DNA of 64,000 nucleotides from Candidatus Parcubacteria bacterium (GCA_009995365.1 JAACPR010000001.1:30680-94679), one strand, 5' to 3'; counted from the first letter of the stretch, positions 10,176-22,497 are shown. Made by a program: numbers and translations. Notes: generated from the sequence alone by a model not told the origin.

Positions 10176-13154
10176 ATGGATAAAAATTTATTTGAGGAGC
10201 AATATAAACAACTAAATCAAAAACAAAAGGAAGCGGTCGATACGATCGAAGGGCCTGTAATGGTTATTGCTGGACCTGGGACTGGAAAGACGACAATCCT
10301 CACTCTTCGTATCGCAAATATTCTACAAAAAACCGATACTCAGCCTGAAAATATATTAGCCCTTACTTTTACAGAGTCAGGTGTTTTTTCCATGAGGAAA
10401 AAATTATCAAAAATTATTGGATCAGTGGCTCACAAGATTAATATTTTCACTTTTCACGGTTTTTGTAATTATCTAATAGAACAATATCCAGAAAATTATC
10501 AAAAAATTATTTCTTCTAAACCAATCTCTCAATCACAACAAATTAAATTAATCGAAGACATAATTTTGCAAGGTGACTTTGATTTGGTTAAGCCAATAGG
10601 AGATCAGACTTATTATGTAATGAAAATAAAATCAGCGATCTCTCACCTAAAAAAAGAAGGCTTCACTTTTGATGAATATAAGGAAATTTTGCAAAACAAA
10701 ATTACTGAAATTGAAGATGATGAGTCTTTGATAAATAAAAAAACTGGCAAACTAAAAGGCGACGCATCGAGAGAACTTAAAAAAATAAAGAGAAGTTTAG
10801 AATTGAATACTGTTTACAAAGAATACCAAGGCAGATTGCGCGAACTCAAGCTGTTTGATTTTGACGATATGATTTTAGAGACACTAGAAGCGTTTGATAA
10901 TGATCCTGACTTTCTTTTGGAGCAACAAGAAAAATTCCAATATTTATTAGCAGATGAACATCAAGACACTAACCATGCTCAAAATAGAATATTAGAATTG
11001 TTGGCAGATTTTCACGACAGTCCAAACATTTTTATTGTAGGCGACGAAAAACAAGCTATCTTTCGATTCCAGGGTGCGTCTCTGGAGAATTTTCTTTATT
11101 TCAAAGACAAGTTTAAAGACACAAAAATAATCCAGCTTAAAGAAAATTATCGTTCTAATCAAAACATTTTAGATAATGCTTTTGAATTAATTTCTCGAAA
11201 CGAAACCGACGAATCGCTCAAGATTGAATTAAAAAGTGGAATCAAGACTGTTGATGAGGATAATTTAGATATACCTGAAAAAATTCAAGTTAAAGAATAC
11301 AAAAATTACAACCAAGAAATTTACAGTATTTCTGAAAAGATTAAAACCTTAATTGACAAAGGAGTAGACCCAAATGAAATAGCAATTATTTATCGTAAAA
11401 ATTCTGAGTCTTCCGAAATTAGCAAAATTCTCGAAGCTAAAAAAATTCCTTATTATATAAATTCAAAGCAAAACATAATGGACAGTGATGATGTCCTAAG
11501 AATTAAAATAATGTTAAAGGCAATTAGCGACCCTTTTTCAAATCCCGACATCATATCTCTATTTAATTTAGACTTTATAAATTTACCTCTTAGAGATATC
11601 CACAAGATTTCTAAAAAATTACGGGATAATAATATTTTTGATTTAGTAAACGAGCTTGATGAAGATGAGTTTGAAGATTTTGGAAAGATTAAACAGGTAA
11701 TTTCAAAGATAGATTATTTTCATAAGCAATCAAAAAATCGTAATGGACTGCGGGTTTTTGAAGAGTTAATAAATGACTTTGGTTTAATTGATTCAATTTT
11801 AGGTTCGAATGATTCTGTCGAGAGAATGGCAGTTATAAATAAAATTCATTCCGAATTCAAAACAAATAGCGCTTCAAAAAATAATTATCTATTAAGTGAT
11901 TTTATAGAATACTTAAACACTTTAGAGATTTATAATATAGATCTTGAAACTTATATAAATGATATAGATGAAGGAGTTTCTCTGATGACCGCGCACGGCT
12001 CAAAAGGATTAGAGTATGATTATGTTTTTATTATTAATACTAATCAGAAAAATTGGGGTAATTCATCAAGTAGAAATTATTTTGACTTACCTTATATAAA
12101 TAAAGAGATCAAAAATAACCAATCTACAGAAGATGAAAGAAGGCTGTTCTATGTATCTCTAACACGAGCCAGAAAAATGGTTCAGTTAAGTTATTCTGAA
12201 TTTAGTAATGACGGTAAAGAAAACTACCCATCTCAGTTTATAGATGAACTAAAAAAAGATATGGTAGATTTTGAAAAAGTTAAACCAATAAAAAATCATA
12301 ATATAATTTCTGATTTATTAAAAAGTGAAAGACAAAAAACAAAAATAACTGACAAAAATTACATCAAGAAAATGTTTTTAGAAACGCCAATGTCTGTAAC
12401 TGCTCTCAATAACTATCTAGAATGTCCATGGAGGTATTTTTATTCAAATCTTATTAGAATTCCTATGCCTACAACCAGTAGTTTAGCTTTTGGTAATGCG
12501 ATACATGCTACATTTAAATGGTATGTTGATAACATAAAACAAAAACCTGATATAGAAAAATTGAAAGACAAATTTACAGAATTTCTAGAAGAGCAAAATG
12601 TCGATTCTGATAATAAAAAAACTATTAAAAAAGAGGCGAGTGAGATACTGCCAAAATATTTTGAAACTTTTTTAAAAGATTTAGACCCAAAAATAGAGCG
12701 CTTAACTGAATATAGTATTTCAGATTACACTTTAAAATTTGATGATTGTGAAATTCGTTTAAAAGGTAATTTGGACAGGATAGATTTTATCAACGACAAA
12801 GATGTAGAAGTTATTGATTACAAAACCACTAAACCAAAATCTGAGAATGAGATAAAAGGGAAGACACAAAATAGTGATGGAGCATATTATCGCCAATTAA
12901 TTTTCTACAAGATGTTGATTGAAAATCACAAAGATTGGAAAATGAAAAATGCGCAATTAAATTTTGTTAAACCTAATGATAAGGGTGATTTTCTCTCTAG
13001 AATTTTTGAAATTTCGAATGAGGAAGTGGAGGATTTGAAAAAAACAATTATAAAAGTATCTAGGGAAATAGTTAATGGTGATTTCCTAAATAAAAAATGT
13101 GACAAGCCAGATTGTAGCTATTGTAGAAAAGTAGATATTTTCAATAGAAATTAA
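10176..13154 (+). CDS. UvrD/PcrA-family SF1 helicase fused to C-terminal PD-(D/E)XK nuclease
   Basis: AGPGTGKT, DEHQD, VGDEKQAIFRFQGA, ENYRS, TAHGSKGLEY, ERRLFYVSLTRA; C-terminal GNLDRID...IDYKT...QLIFY. Confidence 0.92.
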   Translation: MDKNLFEEQYKQLNQKQKEAVDTIEGPVMVIAGPGTGKTTILTLRIANILQKTDTQPENILALTFTESGVFSMRKKLSKIIGSVAHKINIFTFHGFCNYLIEQYPENYQKIISSKPISQSQQIKLIEDIILQGDFDLVKPIGDQTYYVMKIKSAISHLKKEGFTFDEYKEILQNKITEIEDDESLINKKTGKLKGDASRELKKIKRSLELNTVYKEYQGRLRELKLFDFDDMILETLEAFDNDPDFLLEQQEKFQYLLADEHQDTNHAQNRILELLADFHDSPNIFIVGDEKQAIFRFQGASLENFLYFKDKFKDTKIIQLKENYRSNQNILDNAFELISRNETDESLKIELKSGIKTVDEDNLDIPEKIQVKEYKNYNQEIYSISEKIKTLIDKGVDPNEIAIIYRKNSESSEISKILEAKKIPYYINSKQNIMDSDDVLRIKIMLKAISDPFSNPDIISLFNLDFINLPLRDIHKISKKLRDNNIFDLVNELDEDEFEDFGKIKQVISKIDYFHKQSKNRNGLRVFEELINDFGLIDSILGSNDSVERMAVINKIHSEFKTNSASKNNYLLSDFIEYLNTLEIYNIDLETYINDIDEGVSLMTAHGSKGLEYDYVFIINTNQKNWGNSSSRNYFDLPYINKEIKNNQSTEDERRLFYVSLTRARKMVQLSYSEFSNDGKENYPSQFIDELKKDMVDFEKVKPIKNHNIISDLLKSERQKTKITDKNYIKKMFLETPMSVTALNNYLECPWRYFYSNLIRIPMPTTSSLAFGNAIHATFKWYVDNIKQKPDIEKLKDKFTEFLEEQNVDSDNKKTIKKEASEILPKYFETFLKDLDPKIERLTEYSISDYTLKFDDCEIRLKGNLDRIDFINDKDVEVIDYKTTKPKSENEIKGKTQNSDGAYYRQLIFYKMLIENHKDWKMKNAQLNFVKPNDKGDFLSRIFEISNEEVEDLKKTIIKVSREIVNGDFLNKKCDKPDCSYCRKVDIFNRN

Positions 13155-13181
13155 TTTATTGAAATCATTTTTTTAATTCGA

Positions 13182-13889
13182 TTAAAATTCCAATGAATTT
13201 TGTTGTATAAAATCACTCAGTAATGAATAAGGTAGAGCGCCTGATAGGTTTTCTTGAATCCCTGTTTTTGTAATGACGATATTATAAGGAGTTCCAAATT
13301 CTCGATCGATTGATTTGATATATTCAATATCTTTTAGATCGTCCTCAATTTTTTTTATTGTTTCAGGTTCTTCAGTGCAGGAATTAATTTCTTCGGTATC
13401 TAATCCAAGATTTTCTAAAATAATATTTGTATTTGACTCACTGATTGATTCTGGGGCATTATCAAAAATTTGATTAGTAAAATTCCAAAACATGTTATTT
13501 CCTCCAATTTCAGATACACATTCAGAAACAAGAGCAATTCTGCGTGCATTAGAGTGTATTTCTTCTAAGGGGGCTTGTCGATATATCCATGCAACACTAC
13601 CGGTTTGGCCGTAATCATCGATAATTCTCCTCATTGTGGTATGGAATTCTTGGCAGTATGGACATTCAAAGTCAGAGTATTCGATAATTATTACATCTGC
13701 GTCAGGGTTACCAATAATATGATCTTCGGCAGTTATTGGTTGGATTTTATCATCTTTTATTTCAACAAATTCCTCCTTTTCAAACAGATTTGCTAATAAA
13801 TTTGTTCTAGAAATGAATATACCGCCACCGATTACAATTCCGGAAATTAAAATAGTTAATGCAAAAGCTAAAGAGTTATTTTTGTTCAT
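13182..13889 (-). CDS. DsbA-family membrane-anchored thiol-disulfide oxidoreductase
   Basis: N-terminal TM helix, EYSDFECPYC, GTP cis-Pro loop. Confidence 0.9.
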   Translation of the reverse strand: MNKNNSLAFALTILISGIVIGGGIFISRTNLLANLFEKEEFVEIKDDKIQPITAEDHIIGNPDADVIIIEYSDFECPYCQEFHTTMRRIIDDYGQTGSVAWIYRQAPLEEIHSNARRIALVSECVSEIGGNNMFWNFTNQIFDNAPESISESNTNIILENLGLDTEEINSCTEEPETIKKIEDDLKDIEYIKSIDREFGTPYNIVITKTGIQENLSGALPYSLLSDFIQQNSLEF

Positions 13890-13925
13890 AATTATGTTAT
13901 TATTTCAGAATAAATTATAACATAT

Positions 13926-14726
13926 ATGGATTTACTACTATCAATTTTATTAGGTTTTGTTCAAGCAGTAACAGAATTTTTACCCATTTCTTCTTCTGGG
14001 CATCTAATTTTGTTTAGAGATTTAACAAATACTCAGTTTGAATATGGATTAGCATACGATTCTGTATTGCAATTCGCTACTACTTTGGCCGTTGTTGTGT
14101 ATTTTCGAAAAGATATCCTTCGTCTAATAGATTCGTTTTTTAAAATTTTCACAGGCAAGTTAGAAAAACACGAGGACAAAATTTTAATAGGGGCAATTAT
14201 TATCGGAACAATTCCTGCAGTTGTTTTTGGTCTTTTATTGGAAGATTTAATGGATACAATTTTCAGAAGCTCACTGTTGGTGGCTGCTACTTTAATTTTA
14301 GGTGCAATTATTATGCATTTCGCTGATAAAATATCTAAACAAGATAGAGAAATTAATATTAAAAATGGTCTGATTATTGGTTTATTTCAATCGCTAGCAT
14401 TGATTCCAGGCATGTCTAGATCAGGAATGACAATATCTGGGGGTTTATTGATGGGGCTTAAAAGAGAAGCCGCAATTAGATTCAGTTTTCTTTTAGCTAT
14501 TCCTGTTTTATTGGGATCTGGGGTAAAAAAAATGCTAGATTTAGAATCTAGCGGCTTGTTAAGTTCTCTAGGCTTAGAGCTTGTTTTTGGGGCTATAACG
14601 GCTTTTATTTTTGGCATTCTAGCTATCAAATTCCTTATCACATACTTAAAAAACAATAGCTTTAAAGTATTTATTTGGTATCGCTTGATATTAGCGTCTG
14701 TTATTGTATTAATTTGGTTTTTTTAA
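13926..14726 (+). CDS. uppP: Undecaprenyl-diphosphate phosphatase
   Basis: TEFLPISSSGHL and PGMSRSGMTI motifs; polytopic membrane protein. Confidence 0.96.
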   Translation: MDLLLSILLGFVQAVTEFLPISSSGHLILFRDLTNTQFEYGLAYDSVLQFATTLAVVVYFRKDILRLIDSFFKIFTGKLEKHEDKILIGAIIIGTIPAVVFGLLLEDLMDTIFRSSLLVAATLILGAIIMHFADKISKQDREINIKNGLIIGLFQSLALIPGMSRSGMTISGGLLMGLKREAAIRFSFLLAIPVLLGSGVKKMLDLESSGLLSSLGLELVFGAITAFIFGILAIKFLITYLKNNSFKVFIWYRLILASVIVLIWFF

Positions 14727-15304
14727 AATAAGCTTTTTGTCACTTTGGAATCATTTTCGTCGGCTTTCCAATCGCTAGTGTCAATTGGTATTTTGATAAT
14801 TTCATTTGAAAGTTTATCTTTCAATTTTAGATATCCGTTATCACGAGCATATTCGTAAACTTCTTTGGTTATAATAACATCTTCTTCACAGTATTTTTTT
14901 ATCTTATCTATCTCTCCAGTCTTCCACCATTCAACCGCCTGTAATCCGTGTGAAATTTTACCTTTACCTAATGTTGCCGCAGCGATATCATCCAGTTTCG
15001 GACGACGACCAAAAGATTTTTTGATATCAACCATTAAATCAATACTTTTAATTTCATTCAAATCTCCAGCGTAATATTTATTTAAAAGAGGAATATCAAA
15101 ATGGTTAGAGTTGTATCCAATCATAGCATCAGTGTTTTCAAAAAGTGGCCACATATTAGAAAATTCCTCGACGGTGAAACTTTGGACAACTCCGGTTTTA
15201 CTATCATAGACTGATACAACCGAAATATCTAAATCTGCCGGATTGCTTGAGCCCACTTCTTGGAAAATATTTCTAGTTTCAATATCAAATACAATGTAAT
15301 TCAT
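14723..15304 (-). CDS. RNase H-like DEDD 3'-5' exonuclease (YprB/MrfB-like, stand-alone)
   Basis: FDIET, GYNSNHFDIP, YCEEDV motifs. Confidence 0.8.
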   Translation of the reverse strand: MNYIVFDIETRNIFQEVGSSNPADLDISVVSVYDSKTGVVQSFTVEEFSNMWPLFENTDAMIGYNSNHFDIPLLNKYYAGDLNEIKSIDLMVDIKKSFGRRPKLDDIAAATLGKGKISHGLQAVEWWKTGEIDKIKKYCEEDVIITKEVYEYARDNGYLKLKDKLSNEIIKIPIDTSDWKADENDSKVTKSLF

Positions 15305-15373
15305 GAGTGCTTATTTTAGCTTATCTATTTTGTTATGCCAAATTTAAAAACTTGTAAGACTTTCAGAACTTTT

Positions 15374-16609
15374 TTATTTATTGTCCAATTGTTCTTTTAA
15401 GAAATCTACTAATTGATTGTAAGATAATTCTTTTTCTTCACCTTTAGCTAAATATTTTAATTTAACTTTTTTACTTTTAACTTCATCTTGTCCGATAATA
15501 ACAACAAAAGGCACACCCTTTTTATCAAAGAATTTAATTTGATCACCAATTTTTTTAGTAGGGTAATGAACCAAGACGTCGAAACCTTGCTTGCGAAGGT
15601 CATCCGCTTGTTTGATAGCGTAATCGTTTGATTCTTCGTCGAAAATTGCAATTCCAACATGCGCGGGTGTAATTTTTCTAGAGATCAAGTTTCTGGATTC
15701 TAAAACATCTTTAATTGTCACATCTCCCATTCCAAATCCAATTGTAGGTAGTTTGTTTGCTCCAAAAATTTCCAACAAGTTGTCATATCGTCCACCACCA
15801 AATACAGATCTTCGATTTTCTGGGTTTGTGTCAAAAATTTCAAAAACTATTCCAGTATAGTAATCAAAGCCGCGAACCATGTTTGGATCAAAAACTATAT
15901 TTTTGATTCCGCGCTTGTTCAATTTTTCTGTTAGTTTTTCGATTTCGTCACTTGGCTTTATTACAACATCGTAATTTTTACCTAAAATTTTAAAAGCTTT
16001 GTCGTTGAAGTCGTCGACTTTATCTTTTTTGTCCAGTAAACGTATAAATTCTTTTTTCTTTTCCTCGTCTAGTCCTAAATCATCTAGGGCTTGATTTAAT
16101 ATTTGTCTATCATTAATCTTGATAACAAAATCAGATTCATTCAAGCCAAAACGAGTCATTATTTTGTAAGCTATTTCAATAATTTCAGCTTCGGCATCAA
16201 TTCCCCCAATACCAAATATGTCTGCATTTAATTGCCAGTGTTCGCGTAGGCGACCTTTTTGAGGTCTTTCATAACGAAAAACATTTGGTATGGAATACCA
16301 ACGAAGTGGAAAGGAGAGTTCTCTTTGTTTTTTGGCTATCATTCTAGAGACAGTAGGAGTCATTTCTGGACGAAGCGTTACTTTTCGATTACCGCGATCT
16401 ACAAAACTATAAGTCTGCTCGTTGAAAATTTCATCACTAGTTTTTGATTCATATAATTCACTTGGCTCTAAAATTGAAGCATTGTAATGTTCGAATCCAT
16501 ATTGTTGTAAGACTTCGTGCCAAACAGATTTTATATAATCCAGAACGAACATATCTTCTGGATAAAAATCCCTAACACCTTTGTAACTTGAAGTATCTAA
16601 TTTTTTCAT
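15374..16609 (-). CDS. hisS: Histidine-tRNA ligase
   Basis: KGVRDFYP, LRPEMT, FRYERPQKGRLREHWQ, RGFDYYTG, GGGRYD. Confidence 0.98.
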   Translation of the reverse strand: MKKLDTSSYKGVRDFYPEDMFVLDYIKSVWHEVLQQYGFEHYNASILEPSELYESKTSDEIFNEQTYSFVDRGNRKVTLRPEMTPTVSRMIAKKQRELSFPLRWYSIPNVFRYERPQKGRLREHWQLNADIFGIGGIDAEAEIIEIAYKIMTRFGLNESDFVIKINDRQILNQALDDLGLDEEKKKEFIRLLDKKDKVDDFNDKAFKILGKNYDVVIKPSDEIEKLTEKLNKRGIKNIVFDPNMVRGFDYYTGIVFEIFDTNPENRRSVFGGGRYDNLLEIFGANKLPTIGFGMGDVTIKDVLESRNLISRKITPAHVGIAIFDEESNDYAIKQADDLRKQGFDVLVHYPTKKIGDQIKFFDKKGVPFVVIIGQDEVKSKKVKLKYLAKGEEKELSYNQLVDFLKEQLDNK

Positions 16610-16655
16610 GTAAATATTTTAGCAAAAAACTAAATTTATTGCTAAAATTAAAGCA
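16610..16655. promoter_or_regulatory. Divergent extended -10 promoters forming an inverted repeat
   Basis: ATTTTAGCAA (16616-16625) and TTGCTAAAAT (16639-16648); -10 boxes lie 6 and 7 nt from the ATGs of hisS and ORF 16656. Confidence 0.65.
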
Positions 16656-16889
16656 ATGGAAAATTTAGAAAAAATAATTAACATACCTCTTCCTCCAGAA
16701 ATTTTATGGATTCTTTTTGCTGGAGTTGTTGTTTTCTTTTTGGTTATGGCTTTTATACTTGGGCATCATTGGAAATATTATGGAATCAAGGGTAATTCAA
16801 AAGTTTTCGCAAGAGCGTTATTTTGGATTATTGCAGTTTTCCTGATAGTTTTAATGGTGTCAGCGATTTTATTTTTTGAAACAACATGA
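16656..16889 (+). CDS. Small 2-TM membrane protein
   Basis: Two hydrophobic helices; ATGA overlap with the next gene. Confidence 0.7.
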   Translation: MENLEKIINIPLPPEILWILFAGVVVFFLVMAFILGHHWKYYGIKGNSKVFARALFWIIAVFLIVLMVSAILFFETT

Positions 16890-17434
16890 TTGATTTTAGA
16901 GAAAATGAACATATACTTTTTGAAGTACGAAAACATTGGTTTATTATTGCCACTGAATTGTCTATTATAACCCTATTAGCTTTTTTACCTCTTTTAATCC
17001 CGTCTATTTTAGAGGGGTTAAATTTATCGATTACTTTTGGGGAAACTGAGAGTTTTTGGTCCGTTTTCATATTCTTCTATGCTTTTTGGCTCTTGATTTT
17101 ATGGATTATTGGTTTTGTCTTTTGGACTAATTATTTTTTAGATGTCTGGGTTGTTACTAATGAAAAAATATTAGATGTTGAACAAGTTGGACTTTTCAGT
17201 CGTGAGATGTCGATGCTTCATCTAGAAAAAATTCAAGATGTTACTGTCGAAGTTAGGGGTATTGTTGCGACTCTGATGAGGTTTGGAGACCTACATGTTC
17301 AAACAGCGGGACAACAAAGAGAATTTATAATTCACAATATCCCTCATCCAGATAAATTTGCTAAAAAAATTAATAATATTTTGATGAAACACAAAGATAA
17401 TACTATTAACGAACTTGTTAAAACTTTGAACTAG
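16886..17434 (+). CDS. Bacterial PH-domain membrane protein
   Basis: 2 TM helices followed by VVTNEKILDVEQ...LEKIQDVTV...FGDLHVQTAG. Confidence 0.85.
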   Translation: MIDFRENEHILFEVRKHWFIIATELSIITLLAFLPLLIPSILEGLNLSITFGETESFWSVFIFFYAFWLLILWIIGFVFWTNYFLDVWVVTNEKILDVEQVGLFSREMSMLHLEKIQDVTVEVRGIVATLMRFGDLHVQTAGQQREFIIHNIPHPDKFAKKINNILMKHKDNTINELVKTLN

Positions 17435-17459
17435 ACTAATTATATGTATAATTAGTTTT

Positions 17460-18311
17460 ATGAATTTAGGAAATATTTTTGAGGTAATTAAAAATTGGAT
17501 ACTAGGAGACGGTTCTCAAATCGTTATTTTATTAGTAGTTGGTTTTATTATTTATAAGTTTATTAGACCTGTTATAACAAAAATAATTAGAAAGGCAGTT
17601 ACAGAAGATCCTCATTTAACAAAAGAAGAGGAGGTCAGGAGAGAGGATACATTGATTAAGATAGTTACCGGGACCGTAAAAATAGCAACAATTATTTTTG
17701 TAGCTTTGATGATTCTATCAGAGTTTGGTATTGATATTGGTCCATTGATTGCAGGTGCTGGTGTTGTTGGACTTGCTCTTGGTTTTGGTGGACAGTATTT
17801 AGTTAAGGACATCATTACAGGTTTATTTATTATTCTAGAAAATCAATATCGCGTTGGTGATGTCGTAAAGATTGCGGGGATTGCCGGATTAGTCGAAGAT
17901 GTGTCGCTTAGGGTAACAATACTACGTGATCTAGATGGTACGGTTCACCATATTCCACATGGTGATATAACAACCGTTTCTAATATGGCCAAAGGATTTT
18001 CTCGCGTTAATCTGAACATTGGTGTTTCTTATAATACTGACATCGAAAAAGTAAAAGAGGTAATTAATCGCGTGGGTAATGAATTAGCCGAAGATCCGGA
18101 CTTTAAAGAAAACATTATTGATGCTCCAAAATATGTTCGAATTGATTCATTTGACGATTCATCAATTAGTATCAAGATATTAGGTGAAACAAAACCGCTT
18201 GCGCAATGGGAAATTGCTGGAGAGATGCGTGCTAGATTGAAAAAAGCCTTTGACGAAGAAGGTGTTGAGATTCCATTTCCACAAATGGTTATACATCAAG
18301 ACAAAAAATAA
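17460..18311 (+). CDS. Small-conductance mechanosensitive channel (MscS family)
   Basis: AGAGVVGLALGFGGQ, ENQYRVGDVV, EIPFPQ. Confidence 0.95.
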   Translation: MNLGNIFEVIKNWILGDGSQIVILLVVGFIIYKFIRPVITKIIRKAVTEDPHLTKEEEVRREDTLIKIVTGTVKIATIIFVALMILSEFGIDIGPLIAGAGVVGLALGFGGQYLVKDIITGLFIILENQYRVGDVVKIAGIAGLVEDVSLRVTILRDLDGTVHHIPHGDITTVSNMAKGFSRVNLNIGVSYNTDIEKVKEVINRVGNELAEDPDFKENIIDAPKYVRIDSFDDSSISIKILGETKPLAQWEIAGEMRARLKKAFDEEGVEIPFPQMVIHQDKK

Positions 18312-18315
18312 ATAT

Positions 18316-19011
18316 TTAGCTAAATTTAATAGGTGCTTTTTTAATTATATCTGTAATTTCATCAACATCGTCAGTTATTGTGTATAGGTTAATATCACCT
18401 TCATCAATTTTTTCATTCTGCAGCAAATTTTCTTTGATGAATTTGTCCAAGTTATTCCAATAATCTTTTCCGACTAAGATCACGGGCCTCTTTTCAATTT
18501 TTTTTGTTTGGATGAGGGTAAGCATCTCAAATAATTCGTCCAATGTTCCAAAACCACCTGGAAAATAGATGTAGGCTTCAGCAGAAAAAGCTAGACATAC
18601 TTTTCGGGTAAAGAAATAATAAAAATCGTATGAATCTGATAGATAACTATTTACTGTTTGTTCGTGTGGTAATTGAATATTTAAACCAACAGACTTACCT
18701 CCACCTTCATGAGCGCCACGGTTAGCAGCCTCCATTATTCCAAAGCTTCCACCTGTAACAACTGCATATTCTGGTAATTCTTCGACAATTTTTTTAGTTA
18801 AATTTCTAGCTAGTATATAATCTGACTCGCTTTCTAATGTTCTTGCTGATCCAAAAACAGTTACTGATTTTTGATATTTTTTTATAACCCCGAAACCGTT
18901 TTGAAATTCAGTTCTAATAAAATCAATTCTTTTGTTAATTTGTTCGTTAAGTTCGTCTAATGTAATTGTCTCGTATTCTGGCTTATGTGGCCTATTGTGT
19001 TGTGTATTCAT
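18316..19011 (-). CDS. LOG family nucleotide phosphoribohydrolase
   Basis: VFGSAR, TGGxxGIMEAAN, PGGFGTLDE. Confidence 0.93.
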   Translation of the reverse strand: MNTQHNRPHKPEYETITLDELNEQINKRIDFIRTEFQNGFGVIKKYQKSVTVFGSARTLESESDYILARNLTKKIVEELPEYAVVTGGSFGIMEAANRGAHEGGGKSVGLNIQLPHEQTVNSYLSDSYDFYYFFTRKVCLAFSAEAYIYFPGGFGTLDELFEMLTLIQTKKIEKRPVILVGKDYWNNLDKFIKENLLQNEKIDEGDINLYTITDDVDEITDIIKKAPIKFS

Positions 19012-19063
19012 ATGTGTATGATTTTACCTTGATATCAATCAAAGGTAAAATTGCTTATAATAA

Positions 19064-20389
<1,326 letters not shown>

Positions 20390-20391
20390 AA

Positions 20392-22464
20392 ATGAAAAAA
20401 TTTGATTTAAAATCAGAATATAAACCAGCAGGTGATCAACCGCAGGCAATCAAAAAACTGGTTGGAGGACTTGAAAAGGGTGATAAACATCAAACTCTTT
20501 TGGGTGTGACTGGTTCTGGAAAAACTTTTACAATGGCAAATGTCATTCAACAGGTTCAAAAACCGACCCTTGTTATTGCGCACAACAAAACTCTGGCGGC
20601 GCAATTAGCTCAGGAATACAAGGATTTCTTTCCAAACAATGCGGTTCACTATTTTGTCTCTTACTATGATTACTACCAACCTGAGGCATATAAACCTGTG
20701 ACTGATACTTATATTGAAAAAGAGGCGATGGTTAATGCGGAAATTGAGCGCCTTCGCCACGCTTCAACACAGGCACTTCTCACTCGAAAAGATGTAATTA
20801 TTGTTGCATCAGTTTCATGTATTTATGGTTTGGGTTCTCCTGAGGAATATGAAAAGGTGAATTTTAAATTTTTTAAGGGAATGAAATTATCTCGCGGTGA
20901 TTTTATTAGAAAACTTACTCATATTTATTTTGAAAGGACTAATGCAGATTTAGAGCCAGGGCAATTTCGCGCCATTGGTCAATCGGTAGAAATTATGCCG
21001 GTTTCAGAAAAATTTATTGTTCAAGTTCAATTTGATGCTGACCAAATTTCATATATTCAAAGAATCGACGGACTTAATAAAACTATTTTAGAAGAAGATA
21101 TAAAAACTTATTTTCTGTTCCCAACAAAACACTTTGTTGCTAACGAAGATGTTATAAAAAAAGCGCTTAAAAGTATCCAGAGTGAATTAGATGAGCGACT
21201 TAAACAATTAACTAAAGAAGGGAAAAATTTAGAAGCTGAGCGTTTAAAACGCAGGACTAGATATGACATGGCGATGATTCGCGAAGTTGGTTATTGTAAT
21301 GGAATCGAGAATTATTCGCGGCACTTTGATGGGCGCTTGCCCGATGAGACCCCTAACACTCTTCTTGATTATTTTCCAAAAACAAAAGATGGGAAAGCTG
21401 ATTTTCTGACAGTTATTGATGAATCTCATGTTGCGGTGCCACAGATTGGTGGGATGTATGCGGGTGATCGTTCTCGTAAAGAAACTCTTGTTGAGCATGG
21501 ATTTCGCTTGCCTAGCGCCAAAGACAACCGCCCTCTAAGGTTTGAAGAATTTGAAAAGAAAACTGGGCAAAAAATTTATACTTCGGCGACACCTGGTAAA
21601 TATGAAAATGAGAATAGCTCTATTACTGCTGAGCAAATCATTAGGCCGACAGGGCTAGTTGATCCACAAATTGAAATTAAACCAATTGTTGAAAAAGGAA
21701 AATACAAAGGTCAGGTTTTTGATTTTATCGCAGAATCAGAAAAAGAAATTAAAAAGGGAGGTAGAGTGCTTGTAACAACTTTGACTAAAAAAATGGCCGA
21801 AGATTTATCGGAATATTTGAAGGAAAAGAAAATCAAATCAGAATATATTCACAGCGATGTTAAGACGATAGATCGTATTGATATTATTTCTAATTTTCGT
21901 CGTGGTGAATTTGATATTTTGGTGGGTGTGAACCTGCTTCGTGAAGGACTTGATATGCCAGAAGTTACCATGATTGGAATTCTCGATGCTGACAAGGAAG
22001 GTTTCTTGCGTAGTGAAACTGCTCTGATTCAGACTATTGGTCGTGCGGCTAGAAATGTTGATGGAAGGGTTATTTTATATGCCGATGAAGTTACAGGTTC
22101 AATGAAGAGGGCAATTGAAGAGACGGATCGCCGTCGAACAATTCAACTGGATTGGAATAAAAAACATAATATTACACCAAAAACTATTATTAAAACTATC
22201 AAAGATATTACAGAGCAAATGAAAACTGAGCATCAAAGTGCTGTCGATACACTAATGAAAGTTGATGCCGACCTAGCCAAGAAAAACCCTGAGAAATTAA
22301 TGAAAAGAAAAGAGAAGCAAATGAATGCTGCGGCAAAAATGTTAGATTTTGAAACGGCTGCAATTTTGCGTGATGAAATCAAGCAATTAGAAGAAATCAT
22401 CAACAAAGACAAAAAAGATAAGGAGAAGGAAAAAGCTACAAAGAAAAGAAGTAAATTTAAATAA
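20392..22464 (+). CDS. uvrB: Excinuclease ABC subunit B
   Basis: GVTGSGKTFT, YYDYYQPEAY beta-hairpin, DESH, C-terminal UVR domain. Confidence 0.99.
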   Translation: MKKFDLKSEYKPAGDQPQAIKKLVGGLEKGDKHQTLLGVTGSGKTFTMANVIQQVQKPTLVIAHNKTLAAQLAQEYKDFFPNNAVHYFVSYYDYYQPEAYKPVTDTYIEKEAMVNAEIERLRHASTQALLTRKDVIIVASVSCIYGLGSPEEYEKVNFKFFKGMKLSRGDFIRKLTHIYFERTNADLEPGQFRAIGQSVEIMPVSEKFIVQVQFDADQISYIQRIDGLNKTILEEDIKTYFLFPTKHFVANEDVIKKALKSIQSELDERLKQLTKEGKNLEAERLKRRTRYDMAMIREVGYCNGIENYSRHFDGRLPDETPNTLLDYFPKTKDGKADFLTVIDESHVAVPQIGGMYAGDRSRKETLVEHGFRLPSAKDNRPLRFEEFEKKTGQKIYTSATPGKYENENSSITAEQIIRPTGLVDPQIEIKPIVEKGKYKGQVFDFIAESEKEIKKGGRVLVTTLTKKMAEDLSEYLKEKKIKSEYIHSDVKTIDRIDIISNFRRGEFDILVGVNLLREGLDMPEVTMIGILDADKEGFLRSETALIQTIGRAARNVDGRVILYADEVTGSMKRAIEETDRRRTIQLDWNKKHNITPKTIIKTIKDITEQMKTEHQSAVDTLMKVDADLAKKNPEKLMKRKEKQMNAAAKMLDFETAAILRDEIKQLEEIINKDKKDKEKEKATKKRSKFK

Positions 22465-22497
22465 CGGGCGATTCAAATAATTGTTAGTTAAAATTTG

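Noticed and set aside
12400-13154. Cas4/CRISPR association of the PD-(D/E)XK domain
   Set aside because: It is fused to a UvrD helicase, and I saw no cas genes or repeat-spacer array in the window.
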